NCBI GenBank assembly: GCA_903854075.1
Contig: CAINVI010000254.1
Span: 1-53,496 of the forward strand
Direction: 5' to 3'
From: Candidatus Pollutiaquabacter sp.
GTDB taxonomy: Bacteria; Bacteroidota; Bacteroidia; AKYH767-A; 2013-40CM-41-45
DNA length: 53,496 nucleotides
Under the pieces are notes generated by a model. That model ran no database searches and was not told where the DNA came from. It saw only the letters and a program-made list of their open reading frames with translations. Shown here one piece after another: positions 46,301-53,496 of the stretch. Numbering within the stretch: position 1 is the first letter of the stretch; the number at the start of each line of letters is the position of its first letter. The position numbers and the translations under genes were made by a program.

Positions 46301-47637
46301 AACGTATCACGAAGTATTGTTTGAGTGCTGCCGTCGTTGATAACCACGGCTAAAGGAATCCTCGTTTCACTCCGTGCGCCGTAATTAGTTAATTGCAGTG
46401 TGATGGGAAGATTGAAGCCCCTGCAAATGGTAGTGCTGGGCGCAAGGAAAAAGTCAATGGCGATATCTTTCGTCACGCCGCCGTCAGGACCAACCTTTAC
46501 CAATGCATAATTCTGGTAGCCGGAAGCATTTCTGAAATATCCGAAGTTTGCGTATCCACCGTCTGATGTTTGTACCGCACGATAAGCGTGGTCATGATAG
46601 GATGAGCCGTAGATGTAGTTCTCCCATTCCACATTTCCGAGACTGTCTAATTTTCCTAGGTAGTAATTGGGATTGATCAATCCAAACGAACGTGAAATTC
46701 CACCGATGATATAACCGCCATCCGTAGTTTGCTCAATGGTTTTGCCGCCATCTTTTTTCGTACCGCCCAAAACTTTGGTCCAGAGTGTATCACCGTTAGC
46801 GTCCGTTTTAATTACCCAGATATCAGTCTGTCCGAGCGTATTCGGTAAATCGTCAGCGTCACCAACAATCACAAATCCGCCATCGCGGGTATTTTGAACG
46901 TAGTGTGGCTCTTGAAGCCCCGCCATGGTATAATTTTTCATCCATTGCGTATTACCATTAGCGTCCAGTTTATAAAGTGCAAAGTCGCCGTCTGCCAGAC
47001 CGTAGCTGTACGATTGTCCATTGATGATGAATCCACCATCTGGCGTTTGCTGAATGGAATTACCAATCTCATAGGATTGTCCTCCCAGGTTTTTCGTCCA
47101 GAGTGTATCGCCCACCGAATTGAAGCGAACGACCCACATGTCCCAATAGAGCGATGTGCTGTCATAATCAATACCAACGGCGGCATAGCCTCCGTCGGTG
47201 GTCTGCACAATGGCTTCGAATTCCTGAAGTCCGCTATTACCAATTTTCTTTTCCCACATCATACCGCCGGTAGAGTTGGTCTTAATAATCCAACCATCGT
47301 TACTGCCTGCACTGTCGGGCGTAAATCCTGCGATGATAAAACCACCGTCTGTTGTTGGCTTGACCATGTTGGCAAAATCAAACAACGGTCCGCCGAAAGA
47401 GCGTGTCCACAAAATGTTTCCATACAAGTCGGCACGCACCATCCACGCATCGCTTTGTCCGTTGGAATACGTTTCACTGCCACCGACCATGATAAAACCG
47501 GAATCAGGAAGTTGTTCCATCCAGCGACCGTCATCATCGGCAGCACCACCATATTCCTGACTGAATACGATTTGAGCGGAGGTGTTGTTCAACAGCAAAG
47601 CTGTAAAGAAGGCGAAGAACAGTAGAGCTTTTTTCAT
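43378..47637 (-). CDS. T9SS-sorted protein B (1419 aa): seven propeller-type repeats, CARDB-like domain, eight Ig-like repeats (seven consecutive), an inserted ~130-aa module, Por C-terminal domain
   Basis: Signal peptide MKKALLFFAFFTALLLNNTSAQ, and the same repeat families as protein A. The Ig-like units follow the pattern C.G.G..TL.A.....P(I/L).WY.A..GG..(V/L)G.G..F.TP.L...T.YYA. The C-terminus is YPNPTEGLLHV...GLYQIQLIDLDGIFVKTIIRQ. Confidence 0.85.
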   Translation of the reverse strand: MKKALLFFAFFTALLLNNTSAQIVFSQEYGGAADDDGRWMEQLPDSGFIMVGGSETYSNGQSDAWMVRADLYGNILWTRSFGGPLFDFANMVKPTTDGGFIIAGFTPDSAGSNDGWIIKTNSTGGMMWEKKIGNSGLQEFEAIVQTTDGGYAAVGIDYDSTSLYWDMWVVRFNSVGDTLWTKNLGGQSYEIGNSIQQTPDGGFIINGQSYSYGLADGDFALYKLDANGNTQWMKNYTMAGLQEPHYVQNTRDGGFVIVGDADDLPNTLGQTDIWVIKTDANGDTLWTKVLGGTKKDGGKTIEQTTDGGYIIGGISRSFGLINPNYYLGKLDSLGNVEWENYIYGSSYHDHAYRAVQTSDGGYANFGYFRNASGYQNYALVKVGPDGGVTKDIAIDFFLAPSTTICRGFNLPITLQLTNYGARSETRIPLAVVINDGSTQTILRDTFPGTINPSITRSFTFGQTYDFLQSGTVQLTAYIPHLQNDISYTNDTSILTVAVQDPVGDPTTVSGISCSAGAVTLSAAAALSTDSVFWFSAPVGGELVGAGSSLTTGTLSASTTYYAESQRGRGYRCGPVDNTIGSGSATSTDGKILFDTRVAFKLVSVKVYAAVTGIRIIELRDVVGNILQSKTVDLPIGWSTVYLNFDVPQATDLSLGLGTGSQPLFRNTTGVAYPYSVSRVIEIFGAYPSLSRYYYFYDWNIFVPFQQCESNRIPAVAQIGSAPTTAFDRARCGAGTLTLTANSSDPLSWYSVATGGSPVATGSTFTTSSLTSSTSYYLQVGSCTNRISVQAAINAVSTAPTTTNASNCGPGSITLTATAADPISWYDAATNGNLYGTGNSFQTPFLNTTTTFYAIAGTACPSAAVPAVATINAAIAPTALGAQACGPASVTLSAQSPNTIQWFTALTGGVQVGTGPVFTTPILSATTTYYAQAVSTCPSVRTPVTATIIIVPAPTGTDAAHCGQGSVVLSASSLQPVTWWTASTGGTQVGSGFTFTTPSLNQTTVYYAQANDGACNSSRTAVTASVTITAPPVVTNGSRCGAGTVTLSASSSDPIYWYDAAAGGINVGAGSTFTTPSLTSSTTYWAEAAAACPSNRAAVQAIIGSPAANPSVTNTSICGSGNATLTATPVNAQDPISWYTAASGGTLLGTGTSFVTSVSSTTTFYAVAGVAGCESNPVPLTVNVNPLATAPTTTGAQSCGTGTITLQATSTLPITWYDNSGAIVGTGSQYTTTLSSSATFYAVTNNGNCPSAQVPATATILVPPAVNIGPDTISIAPGQLVNLNAGAGYSAYLWSNNATTSSINVSAAGSYSVTVTDANGCTGSDQTVINVITGINNPDAQHELLVYPNPTEGLLHVTGHTKDPLTIRIISMTGQQVYQSSITSTGGFNQIIDLSGYANGLYQIQLIDLDGIFVKTIIRQ
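43911..45462 (-). repeat. array of seven consecutive diverged Ig-like coding repeats (~72-78 aa each) in protein B
   Basis: Repeat anchors are RCGAG, NCGPG, ACGPA, HCGQG, RCGAG, ICGSG and SCGTG, each followed by ...WY/WF/WW... and T.YYA-type endings. The boundaries are approximate. Confidence 0.75.
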
Positions 47638-47957
47638 AGTAATGTACCGGCAGTTCGGTAGGCAAATTTAAGGGCTGATGAGGACGTAAAAACGGCTATT
47701 TCTGAATTATTATTACACTTTTTAAGGCGATGGACGTTCGTTCCCGGTGACTGTGCAAAGGGTGATCAGAGAACCCGAACCATCGTAAAAGCTACCTAAT
47801 AAACGTGCAACTTTCATTCCAAATTAAACGAATAAAATGGCGCTTTGGTTGCTTTATTAATCGCCTTTAACGTTCGTTGAATGTTCAATAAACTAACCAT
47901 TGCGCCCTTTTAACTGTAACTTTGTTAGCCTAGTAAAAAACCACAAATTCATTCATT

Positions 47958-48326
47958 TTGGCCGCTATTTTACCTGCCCTGTTGTCGATGAATTGTCCCT
48001 CTTGCAGGATGCACGGGCTTTTCAAAACAACCAACCCCTATGATCTTAAACATATTGCTGAAATGCACCCCACTTGTCCACATTGTGGCCACAGTAACCG
48101 TGTAGAGCCGGGGTTTTATTTCGGGGCGGCCTACGTCAGTTATATTTTAATGGTAGGACTGTTGTGTTGCTTAATAACGGTATACTATCTCGTTTATGGC
48201 GAAATTTTCGAACATTTTTGGCGCTTAATGTTCATGGCCACCGGTTTTGCCCTGGTGCTCACGCCGGTAGTTTTCCGGTATTCCCGGGTCATTTTTCTCT
48301 ATATCTGCGTACCATTTAAAAAGTAA
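47958..48326 (+). CDS. DUF983 family membrane protein (start uncertain: TTG 47958 or ATG 47988)
   Basis: CPSC....LF......CPHCG......EPGFYFGAAYVSY followed by two TM helices is the DUF983 pattern. Confidence 0.75.
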   Translation: MAAILPALLSMNCPSCRMHGLFKTTNPYDLKHIAEMHPTCPHCGHSNRVEPGFYFGAAYVSYILMVGLLCCLITVYYLVYGEIFEHFWRLMFMATGFALVLTPVVFRYSRVIFLYICVPFKK

Positions 48327-48346
48327 CCGCCGATCCAGGGGAGGGA

Positions 48347-49096
48347 TCAAAAGTGATACCCGAATCCTCCGGTAATCAGTCGTGGCGCAAATGGTAGGGT
48401 AGCTGATTGGTAGGCGGCTTCCTCGCTCGTCTCAAAGTTGATCAAGTAGTTTTTATCCAGCTCCCACATGAGGGAGCCGTGAATACCAAACACCCACCCC
48501 GACTGACCTAACCGCCAGTTCCAGCCCAGCTGTACGCCGATGGCACGGCAGGTATTTCCGTTGATATTGGTGATGCCCAGACTGTCGCTCGCGGCTTTGG
48601 TAGGCGCAATATCCATGGTTTCTGCAAACATTCCGGTAAATCCGATGACCGATTCTCCTTGTCCGTGGTAAGGCATGCTGAACAACGAATATGGCTCACC
48701 ACTGGTGTTGAATGACAACCACAAGGTCCCTTTCGCCATGTATAAATCAGTAATGCCTGCCAGATAGTCAACGCTATTACCGTCTTTTACATGCAGACCG
48801 GGTTGTGCTGCGATGGCAGAAATCTGCAAGCCAATATTCATGGCACGGTAACGAACGATATCAAAGTTTAAAATAAGTTCCGGTGCAGCCATCGAGCCGG
48901 TGGTAATGGTTCGGAAGATGGTGGTGTCCGACTTTTGGTACATGGTCGCCTTCAGATCCGGGTTGTTGGTCAGCAAGCCGAAACGGGCATGCATGGAGAA
49001 ACGACTGCGCTCCGGCGGAGTGATCATGCCCAAGCCCTGGGCGAAGGAGGATAACGAAAAGCTACAAAGAGCGAGGAGCAGAAAAATGCGACGCAT
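48347..49096 (-). CDS. hypothetical outer-membrane beta-barrel protein
   Basis: Signal peptide MRRIFLLLALCSFSLSSFAQG, an alternating hydrophobic pattern, and a C-terminal GGFGYHF (terminal aromatic residue). Confidence 0.6.
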   Translation of the reverse strand: MRRIFLLLALCSFSLSSFAQGLGMITPPERSRFSMHARFGLLTNNPDLKATMYQKSDTTIFRTITTGSMAAPELILNFDIVRYRAMNIGLQISAIAAQPGLHVKDGNSVDYLAGITDLYMAKGTLWLSFNTSGEPYSLFSMPYHGQGESVIGFTGMFAETMDIAPTKAASDSLGITNINGNTCRAIGVQLGWNWRLGQSGWVFGIHGSLMWELDKNYLINFETSEEAAYQSATLPFAPRLITGGFGYHF

Positions 49097-49285
49097 AAGG
49101 GCGCCAAAGGTATGATTTCAGGGCATAAAAATGCGTGGGAATACTTATTTATTCATCGCAATTATAGGCCACTGTATAGGCAATTTCGGCGGGTAATTTT
49201 CCAAAAATCCCATATGGCTAACCACGTTGTAGTTGACCCTTTAGCAATCGGATTTCAATTTATGCAGCGGCAAAAATAAGGACAC

Positions 49286-49321
49286 AAAAAAACCCTGCAG
49301 TATACACTGCAGGGTTTTTTA
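49286..49321 (-). terminator. rho-independent terminator after the small OMP gene (symmetric A/T flanks)
   Basis: aaaaaaa-ccctgcagt-atac-actgcaggg-tttttt gives a perfect 9-bp stem, 16 nt beyond the stop of the 49337..50071 gene. Confidence 0.7.
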
Positions 49322-49336
49322 ATAAGTGGACTTCGA

Positions 49337-50071
49337 TTAGAAGTACAGGTTCAGGTTGATAGCACCACCAACGTTGTCGGTGTCGATTCCGAAAGAAGAA
49401 CCGCCGCCGCCAGTCGTTTTAGACGTGGTACCAGCTACAGTAACTTCGGTTGTGGTTTCGCTGGTAGAAGAGATACCAAGTCCCCAGCCGAATTCACCAC
49501 CCAAAGACATCTTTGGAGCGAAGAAATATTCTGCGCCGATGAAACCACGAACACCCAGACCGAAAGAACCGCCACCGGTTACTTCAGCAGAAAGGGTTTC
49601 GCTGTCCCAAGATTCAGAACCGCTGCTGAACATGATCGTTGCTTCAGCACCATAGATGCCTTGCAGACGACCTTTTCCACGGTACTTCTGGATACCAACA
49701 CCGAGGTCTACGTTGATGTCAGAAGTCTTCTGCTCAACAACGAAGGTGCTGCCGGAACCATCATCGATACCAGTGTCGTAAGCGTTGTCGGTGTTGCTGT
49801 TGAAGCCAACACGAGCGCGTACGCGGTAAGCGGTGTTTGCATCCTTCATCATTTTACCGGTGATAGTCTGACCGCTGGTGAAACCGAAAGAAGGAGCGTC
49901 ATTAGAACCGTTCATCAAGTTACCGAAGTACTCGAGCGTAGAAGTAGCGTCTACACCGATGCTCCAGTCACCAGACTCAGGAAGGATAGCATTACCTTTT
50001 TTAGAGGTCATTTGCGCCGAAGCGACAACAGCTGCAAGCATAGCTGCAACAATTAAAATAGTCTTTTTCAT
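49337..50071 (-). CDS. small outer-membrane beta-barrel protein (Gly/Thr/Ser-rich)
   Basis: Signal peptide MKKTILIVAAMLAAVVASAQ, amphipathic beta-strand periodicity, and a C-terminal AINLNLYF. Confidence 0.7.
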   Translation of the reverse strand: MKKTILIVAAMLAAVVASAQMTSKKGNAILPESGDWSIGVDATSTLEYFGNLMNGSNDAPSFGFTSGQTITGKMMKDANTAYRVRARVGFNSNTDNAYDTGIDDGSGSTFVVEQKTSDINVDLGVGIQKYRGKGRLQGIYGAEATIMFSSGSESWDSETLSAEVTGGGSFGLGVRGFIGAEYFFAPKMSLGGEFGWGLGISSTSETTTEVTVAGTTSKTTGGGGSSFGIDTDNVGGAINLNLYF

Positions 50072-50426
50072 GCAATGAGGTTTTTTTGATTTGGTACAAG
50101 TCTAACGATTACAATCGAAACAAGGTTGCTTCTTACAGAAAATAAATCAACCGAAGAGTATTGATAAAATCCGCAAAAACACTGAATTCCAATCAATAAC
50201 AGCATTTTAGAGGGAGAAAAACGATCCGATTTTTAGGCCCAGTTGTTCAAATTCTGGTCTATTTGATGTAATTCTTACAAATTTCGTCAGGATTGTAATA
50301 GGTTGATTATAAATAATATAAGCATCCTGTGCGCTGTAATTGCCTGATTTTCAGACAAGGAGTTTTAAAAGCGCCTTAGTATACTTGCAGCTCCACGCCA
50401 ACCCGCTTTGACGGTCCAAAAAACAG

Positions 50427-53400
50427 ATGATGAAACAGTATTTGGTTGCCCTATTACTAGGAATAAACATTCTCTCGCTTTTCTATACGCACGATGCACA
50501 ACTGTATGCGGGAACGGGAGATAGCACGGTTGTACAAACCTTTCGGTTCGACACCACCATGCGAGCCGGCGTATTTCATTTTCCGGATGATTCGTCTAAG
50601 TCGTACGAGAAAATCATCATGCGTTATGGCATGCGCTGTAAAAACGGATTGGTATCAACTACGTCCAACCGAAACCTGGGCTGCGGGGAGTGGGATTACA
50701 ACTGCTACACCTTTATCATCGATTCCACACAAACTGATTCCATCGCATCTGTCGCCAACCGCTTTTTGATTTCATCTGTCACCGACACCCTGTATCCATT
50801 TACCACCGTACCGGTTTATGATTTCATAAACAACGATCAGTATCAGGTTACCTATACTTCTGTAATCGCTGAAACGACTGCACAGCCGGGAAACGGTAAT
50901 TTGTCGGTTCGTCATCCGCTTGGAGGTGCTGCTTGGGCTCAACGAACACAATATCTGTGGACGGCAGCAGAGTTATTGACGGCCGGACTGACGGCCGGAC
51001 CGATAACTGGAATGAGAATGGAGCGCTTGGGCGGAATTTCATCGGTTGAAAATTTACGCATCGGATTAAAGCATACCTCCCAATCACAACTTGACGAGAA
51101 TCAGCCGGAGTTGACGGGCTTCTCGCCGGTTTATTTTTTATCTACTCCGTTTACGGTTGCCGGAACAACAGCGTTTAATTTTTATGATTCTTTTCTATGG
51201 GATGGCGTCTCGAACGTATTGATGGATATTAATTATTCCATGAACGGCATAGCAGCATCGGATACGTGTGAGGGACATGCATCTGCTTTTACCTCCACGC
51301 TTGTCACTAATCAGTCCGACAACTTTCTGCGCTTTATAGGAAATGGTGCTATCGTTACACCCGATACAACAGGACTGAGTTCTATTACCGATGAAATTAC
51401 ACTCGCTTTTTGGTCGTATGGTGATACCGCCCAATTACCCAGTACTACCAGCATTGCCTACGCTATGGATAATTCCTCCGCCCGTCAGCTGAATGTTCAC
51501 CTGCCGTGGTCGGATGGGAATATCTATTGGGATTGTGGTGGAAGCGGAGGCTCCTTTGACCGTATTTCACGACAAGCGCTCGCCGCTGACTTTGAAGGAC
51601 GCTGGACGTTCTGGACATTTACGAAGAACGCCACTACCGGCGAAATGAAAATTTACATCGATGGTCACGAATGGATGAGTGGTACCGGTAAAACCATTCC
51701 TATTAACATGAAGCGGTTTTGGTTGGGAGCCTCTCCTAATGGATACTTATATAAAGGTGACCTTGATGAAGTCAGTCTTTGGAATAAGGCGCTGGATTCA
51801 ACAGCCATTGCTGCAATCATGTATAAGAGCATTACGCCAGCTCATCCGGATTATTCCTTTCTTAAACTCTACTACAAGTTTGACGAGGGTTCCGGAAACA
51901 CAGCGACAGATTCCGGACCGGTTGGAAATAATGCGTTCATCACGCAGCCCAATTGGCGCAACATAAGTGGTCGAGAGTTGTTCCGCAATTTTACGTCCAC
52001 TTCAGAGCGACCGGACGTGACATTTGTGCAAGGTGTTTATACTTCGTCTGTTCAGACTTTTTTAGTACAGGATTCTGTTCTTCGTTCTCCCAATCAGATT
52101 ATAGAACGTGCGGTCATTGACAATTCTCTGATAGCTATTGATACCACCGCGGGATGGAAAGCCGGACAGTACGCCTATATTTATGATCCGTCCGGGATGA
52201 AGTTAGATTCTATATTAATTGTTCCAACGGATACAATTTTTCAGTCAACGTTGAATTACCATCAGAAACGGCCAATGAGCATGGAGCTGATTGACTTTAT
52301 TACGCCTTACGGTATCAATCTAAATCTCAACGGACTTAACGGAAAGTATTGGGAATTCGATGTTACTGATTTTGCGCCACTCTTGCGCGGTCCGCGTTAT
52401 ATGGAAATGGCTGCCGGAAAATACCAGGAGGAAAATGATATCTCATTCATTTTTTATGAAGGAACACCGCCACGTAATGTATTGTCCATTCAAAATATCT
52501 GGCCCAATGGAACATGGACGAGTGCTTCCTGGAGTCAGATTTATAACAATGTCTTTTTTGAACCAAGAAATCTGGTTCTTGATCCTTCAGCCTCCATGTA
52601 CAAAATTCGTTCGGCCATCAGCGGTCACGGACAAGAGGGGGAGTTCATTTCACGCAATCATACACTCACGCTTAACGGTAATGTGAACTTCACACGCGCG
52701 GTCTGGAACGAATGCGCGACCAATCCGATTTATCCGCAGGGAGGAACGTGGATCTATGATCGCGCCGGATGGTGTCCGGGGCAAAACGTGGAAGTTGTTG
52801 ACTATGAAATTACGCCACACGTCGCGGCCGGACAGAGTATTTCCATCGATTATTCCATGCCGTTTATTGCGAACCCCGGTACTTCAAATTATCGCGTCAA
52901 TAATACGCTGATAACCTACGGCCCGCCAAACTTCACGACGGATGCTTCAGTATTCGCTATTAAGTCGCCGTCTGTTCGGACCGAGTACACACGATTCAAT
53001 CCGATTTGCGACGATCCGGTGATCATCATTCGCAATACGGGAGCGGATACATTGACATCGCTTGACATTACTTATGGTCGTGAAGGTGGAACGATGAGTA
53101 CCTATAACTGGAATGGATCTCTGGCCTTCCTGGAAAAAACAGAAGTAATACTTCCAGCGCCGGTATGGCTCGGTTCCGGTATCGATCGTTTTGTGGTCAG
53201 CGTTTCCGCCCCGAATGGGATGAACGATCAGTACGCAGCCAATGATACGATGTCGACGGATTTCATAGTGCCCGATTCATACACGGGAGGTATTGTTCTG
53301 GAGTACAAGCCGAATAACTTTCTCTCTCAGAATACCTTCACGGTAAAAGATGCCCAAGGGAATACGCTGCTCACCAGAACAGCTACTGTTGGTGGATTCA

Positions 53401-53496
53401 TTTACCGCGACACACTTAATTTGCCCGATGGTTGTTATTCCATTTATATGAATGATAGCGGTGATGACGGATTAAGTTTTTGGGCAAACACCAATC
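50427..53496 (+). CDS. secreted PNGase F-related protein with an inserted LamG (concanavalin-like) domain; 3' truncated at the window edge; NOT present in the supplied ORF track
   Basis: My own translation from ATG 50427 is open for 1023 codons to the last base. The N-terminus MMKQYLVALLLGINILSLFY is signal-like. The LamG hallmark is WTFWTFTKNATTGEMKIYIDG...YKGDLDEVSLWNKAL. The PNGase F C-domain-like block is SGHGQEGEF...WNECATNP..PQGGTWIYDRAGWCPG. Confidence 0.8.
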   Translation, partial: MMKQYLVALLLGINILSLFYTHDAQLYAGTGDSTVVQTFRFDTTMRAGVFHFPDDSSKSYEKIIMRYGMRCKNGLVSTTSNRNLGCGEWDYNCYTFIIDSTQTDSIASVANRFLISSVTDTLYPFTTVPVYDFINNDQYQVTYTSVIAETTAQPGNGNLSVRHPLGGAAWAQRTQYLWTAAELLTAGLTAGPITGMRMERLGGISSVENLRIGLKHTSQSQLDENQPELTGFSPVYFLSTPFTVAGTTAFNFYDSFLWDGVSNVLMDINYSMNGIAASDTCEGHASAFTSTLVTNQSDNFLRFIGNGAIVTPDTTGLSSITDEITLAFWSYGDTAQLPSTTSIAYAMDNSSARQLNVHLPWSDGNIYWDCGGSGGSFDRISRQALAADFEGRWTFWTFTKNATTGEMKIYIDGHEWMSGTGKTIPINMKRFWLGASPNGYLYKGDLDEVSLWNKALDSTAIAAIMYKSITPAHPDYSFLKLYYKFDEGSGNTATDSGPVGNNAFITQPNWRNISGRELFRNFTSTSERPDVTFVQGVYTSSVQTFLVQDSVLRSPNQIIERAVIDNSLIAIDTTAGWKAGQYAYIYDPSGMKLDSILIVPTDTIFQSTLNYHQKRPMSMELIDFITPYGINLNLNGLNGKYWEFDVTDFAPLLRGPRYMEMAAGKYQEENDISFIFYEGTPPRNVLSIQNIWPNGTWTSASWSQIYNNVFFEPRNLVLDPSASMYKIRSAISGHGQEGEFISRNHTLTLNGNVNFTRAVWNECATNPIYPQGGTWIYDRAGWCPGQNVEVVDYEITPHVAAGQSISIDYSMPFIANPGTSNYRVNNTLITYGPPNFTTDASVFAIKSPSVRTEYTRFNPICDDPVIIIRNTGADTLTSLDITYGREGGTMSTYNWNGSLAFLEKTEVILPAPVWLGSGIDRFVVSVSAPNGMNDQYAANDTMSTDFIVPDSYTGGIVLEYKPNNFLSQNTFTVKDAQGNTLLTRTATVGGFIYRDTLNLPDGCYSIYMNDSGDDGLSFWANTN

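Noticed and set aside
46894-47625. 243-aa plus-strand ORF.
   Set aside because: It is antisense to the propeller region of protein B and shows no recognisable motif or signal. The minus-strand frame shows seven regular repeats.
47724-47870. 8-bp inverted match (aaggcgat / atcgcctt) and a 9-nt direct repeat (acgttcgtt) in the 320-nt intergenic region upstream of gene B.
   Set aside because: The matches are short, about 130 nt apart and expected by chance in a 53-kb window. No ORF, terminator or covarying structure supports an RNA gene.

Overview
The window looks like a Bacteroidota chromosomal segment. Supporting signs are Por/T9SS C-terminal sorting domains, TTG-N20-TAnnTTTG promoters, no Shine-Dalgarno signals, and an atp operon split from atpDC. 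It is densely coded, with about 40 CDS. I found no rRNA, tRNA, CRISPR array, transposase, integrase or recognisable defence genes.

Housekeeping content:
- A sensor kinase (cut by the 5' edge) with a NarL-type response regulator.
- A TlpA-like thioredoxin-fold protein and an ALDH7-type aldehyde dehydrogenase.
- dxr-rseP, AlkB plus a GH3-family enzyme, and an M23 peptidase.
- A PorW/SprE-like T9SS lipoprotein and L-2-hydroxyglutarate oxidase.
- A bactofilin-atpZ-ORF-atpBEFHAG cluster.
- MarC, a [2Fe-2S] ferredoxin, and a MerR/B12-type regulator.
- folE, an ECF sigma factor, purQ, DUF983 and two small beta-barrel OMPs.

About a third of the window encodes six very large modular secreted proteins with T9SS C-terminal domains:
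- a cargo with a CxxCH N-domain plus SprB repeats;
- an M36 fungalysin-like protease;
- a CUB/PKD/GEVED protein;
- a protein with four tandem DUF4397 units;
- two adjacent propeller plus Ig-repeat paralogs.

One long ORF (50427 to the window end) is absent from the supplied track because it has no stop inside the window. It encodes a PNGase F-like/LamG protein.

I do not see a self-contained novel system with defence or mobile hallmarks. The best leads are:
- the unlisted PNGase F-like ORF;
- the tandem propeller/Ig-array paralogs, and a roughly 130-aa module one of them shares with the M36 protease;
- a LitR/LitS-like (MerR-B12 plus ECF sigma) pair flanking folE;
- the CxxCH-bearing cargo;
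- the accessory genes and an 18-bp hairpin in the atp operon.

All family assignments come from motif recognition by eye, not from searches.
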